Shown: positions 57,649 through 64,000 of the stretch, one piece after another
Layout of the letters: every line of letters begins with the position of its first letter
Position numbering within the stretch: the first letter of the stretch is position 1
Source of the DNA: an uncultured Pelagibacteraceae bacterium
Lineage (GTDB): Bacteria; Pseudomonadota; Alphaproteobacteria; Pelagibacterales; Pelagibacteraceae
Assembly: GCA_902536385.1 (NCBI GenBank)
Contig: CACAWY010000005.1
Span: 21,991-85,990, forward strand
DNA: 64,000 nt
Reading direction: 5' to 3'
Notes under the pieces: generated by a model
Databases searched by the model: none
Seen by the model: the letters and a program-made list of their open reading frames with translations, nothing else
What the model was told of the DNA's origin: nothing
Position numbers and translations under genes: made by a program

Positions 57649-58347
57649 ATGAGAAAAAGGTCAAAAAGATATAAAAATATTTTAAAAATTAAAGAAGAAA
57701 ATAAGAAAAATAATAAAAAAATGTCTTTAAAAGAGATACTGGAAACACTAAAAAAAAATTCTAATACAAAATTTGATGAGTCAATCGATGTATCACTAAA
57801 AATTAATTTAAAACAATCTAAAGGTGGAGATTTGAGTTTACGAACAATTATAAATTTACCTAACGGGTCAGGTAAAAAAAATAGAATAGCAGTTTTATGT
57901 GAACCAGACAAAATTGAAATTGCAAAGAAAAGTGGAGCAGATGTTTATGGTTCAGAAGATTTAATTGAAAAAATTGCGGCTGGAAAATTAAATTTTACAA
58001 AACTTATTTGCACACCTCCAATGATGAGCAAAATCGGGAAACATGGAAAAGTTTTGGGACCAAAAGGTCTTATGCCCAATCCAAAACTAGGTACTGTTAC
58101 GACTGATATAAATAAAACTGTTAATGACATGAAAACTGGAATAGTAGAGATAAGAAATGACAAAGATGGAAATTTAGCTTCCACGATAGGGAGAAAAAGT
58201 TTTTCTGTTGAAAAATTAGAGGAAAATTACAATTTTTTTATAGAACATTTGAAGAAAGAAAAACCAAATACTATCAAAGGAGAGTTTATTAAAAATATCT
58301 TTTTGTCATCTACGATGGGAGTTTCATATAAAGTAGGAGCGAGGTAA
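57649..58347 (+). CDS. rplA: 50S ribosomal protein L1
   Basis: KFDES, LP.G.GK, LGPKGLMPNPKLGTVT, SSTMG. Confidence 0.96.
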   Translation: MRKRSKRYKNILKIKEENKKNNKKMSLKEILETLKKNSNTKFDESIDVSLKINLKQSKGGDLSLRTIINLPNGSGKKNRIAVLCEPDKIEIAKKSGADVYGSEDLIEKIAAGKLNFTKLICTPPMMSKIGKHGKVLGPKGLMPNPKLGTVTTDINKTVNDMKTGIVEIRNDKDGNLASTIGRKSFSVEKLEENYNFFIEHLKKEKPNTIKGEFIKNIFLSSTMGVSYKVGAR

Positions 58348-58351
58348 ATTT

Positions 58352-58864
58352 ATGATGAGTAAAGAAGCAAAAAAAAATTATGTAGAAGAAATGAAAAAAA
58401 ACTTTACTTCAAATGAGTCAGTTATGATTGCTAAATATCAAGGTTTAAACGTGACTGAATTAGATGCTTTAAGAAAAGAATTAAGAGAGAAAGGAATTTT
58501 GTTTAAAATTACAAAAAACAAAATTACAAAAATTGCTATTAAAGAAACTCCAAAAAAAGATTTGGAAAAATATTTTACAGGTCCTACAGCTGCAGCTATG
58601 TCATCAGACCCTATATCAACAGCAAAAATTCTTACTAAATTTTCAAAATCAAATAACAAGTTGAAAATCATAGCAGGATTCATGGACGGCAAAGTTTTAG
58701 ATGAAAAAGAGGTGTCTATAATAGCCACACTACCTTCTCTTGAAGAAGCAAGGGCTAAAATAGTGGGTATTTTAGCCTCTCCGGCTCAAAAATTAGTAAG
58801 TATTTTACTTGCACCTGGCTCAAAAATTGCTAATTTAGCGCGCGCAAAGAGTTTAAAAAATTAA
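58352..58864 (+). CDS. rplJ: 50S ribosomal protein L10
   Basis: [28 protein letters not shown]. Confidence 0.94.
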   Translation: MMSKEAKKNYVEEMKKNFTSNESVMIAKYQGLNVTELDALRKELREKGILFKITKNKITKIAIKETPKKDLEKYFTGPTAAAMSSDPISTAKILTKFSKSNNKLKIIAGFMDGKVLDEKEVSIIATLPSLEEARAKIVGILASPAQKLVSILLAPGSKIANLARAKSLKN

Positions 58865-58878
58865 TTCACAGGATAACA

Positions 58879-59250
58879 ATGGCAGATTTAAATAAAATTA
58901 TAGACGAATTATCATCACTGACAGTTGTAGAAGCAGCCGAGTTGTCGAAACAGCTTGAGGAGAAATGGGGCGTTACAGCAGCAGCTCCGGTAGCAGCTGC
59001 ACCAGCTGGTGGAGCAGCAGCTCCAGCGGGAGAGGAAAAGTCTGAGTTTTCACTTTTCTTAGCTTCAGCAGGTGATAAAAAAATTAATGTTATTAAAGAA
59101 GTAAGAGCAATAACTGGTTTGGGTTTAAAAGAAGCAAAAGATTTAGTTGAAGCAGCACCAAAAGAGATTAAAGGTGGCGTAGCTAAAAAAGATGCTGAAG
59201 AGTTTAAAAAGAAACTTGAAGCAGCTGGTGCTAAAGTAGAATTAAAGTAA
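58879..59250 (+). CDS. rplL: 50S ribosomal protein L7/L12
   Basis: [12 protein letters not shown] hinge, [25 protein letters not shown]. Confidence 0.97.
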   Translation: MADLNKIIDELSSLTVVEAAELSKQLEEKWGVTAAAPVAAAPAGGAAAPAGEEKSEFSLFLASAGDKKINVIKEVRAITGLGLKEAKDLVEAAPKEIKGGVAKKDAEEFKKKLEAAGAKVELK

Positions 59251-59271
59251 ACAAAATTTAGAATAAGATTT

Positions 59272-59302
59272 CATTGCAATTACTATTGCAATGTAATTTT
59301 TT
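59272..59302 (+). terminator. Hairpin plus T-rich run between rplL and rpoB (possible attenuator)
   Basis: CATTGCAAT-TACT-ATTGCAATG (59272-59293) followed by TAATTTTTT. Confidence 0.4.
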
Positions 59303-59309
59303 ATATTTA

Positions 59310-64000
<4,691 letters not shown>

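Overview
Very AT-rich, extremely compact alphaproteobacterial chromosome segment. Gene content, tiny intergenic gaps and protein composition point to a SAR11/Pelagibacter-type genome (inference). Most of the window is core metabolism: rpoZ, dusA, nrdAB, znuABC-zur, prpBC, glmS, class II DAHP synthase, nadE, cysS, cimA, rpsD, purBCSQL, map, sfsA, NAD kinase, rlmB, five tRNAs and the tuf-secE-nusG-rplKAJL-rpoB-rpoC cluster. The most notable items are: (1) an integrase-free ~1.08-kb cassette carrying one YHYH gene, bounded by a duplicated promoter region plus 5' half of tRNA-Leu(UAA), with breakpoints at the anticodon loop and short repeats resembling recombinase arm sites; (2) a two-gene Anbu protease / circularly permuted ATP-grasp pair lacking its usual alpha-E and transglutaminase partners, next to glucosylglycerate synthesis genes; (3) a GlmU reduced to its acetyltransferase half; (4) an nrdAB promoter whose -10 lies inside an alphaproteobacterial LexA box, followed by NrdR boxes; (5) tandem ProX paralogues with a permease but no ATPase, converging on a homocysteine methyltransferase/prpBC operon. 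All calls come from motif recognition by eye; no database searches were run.
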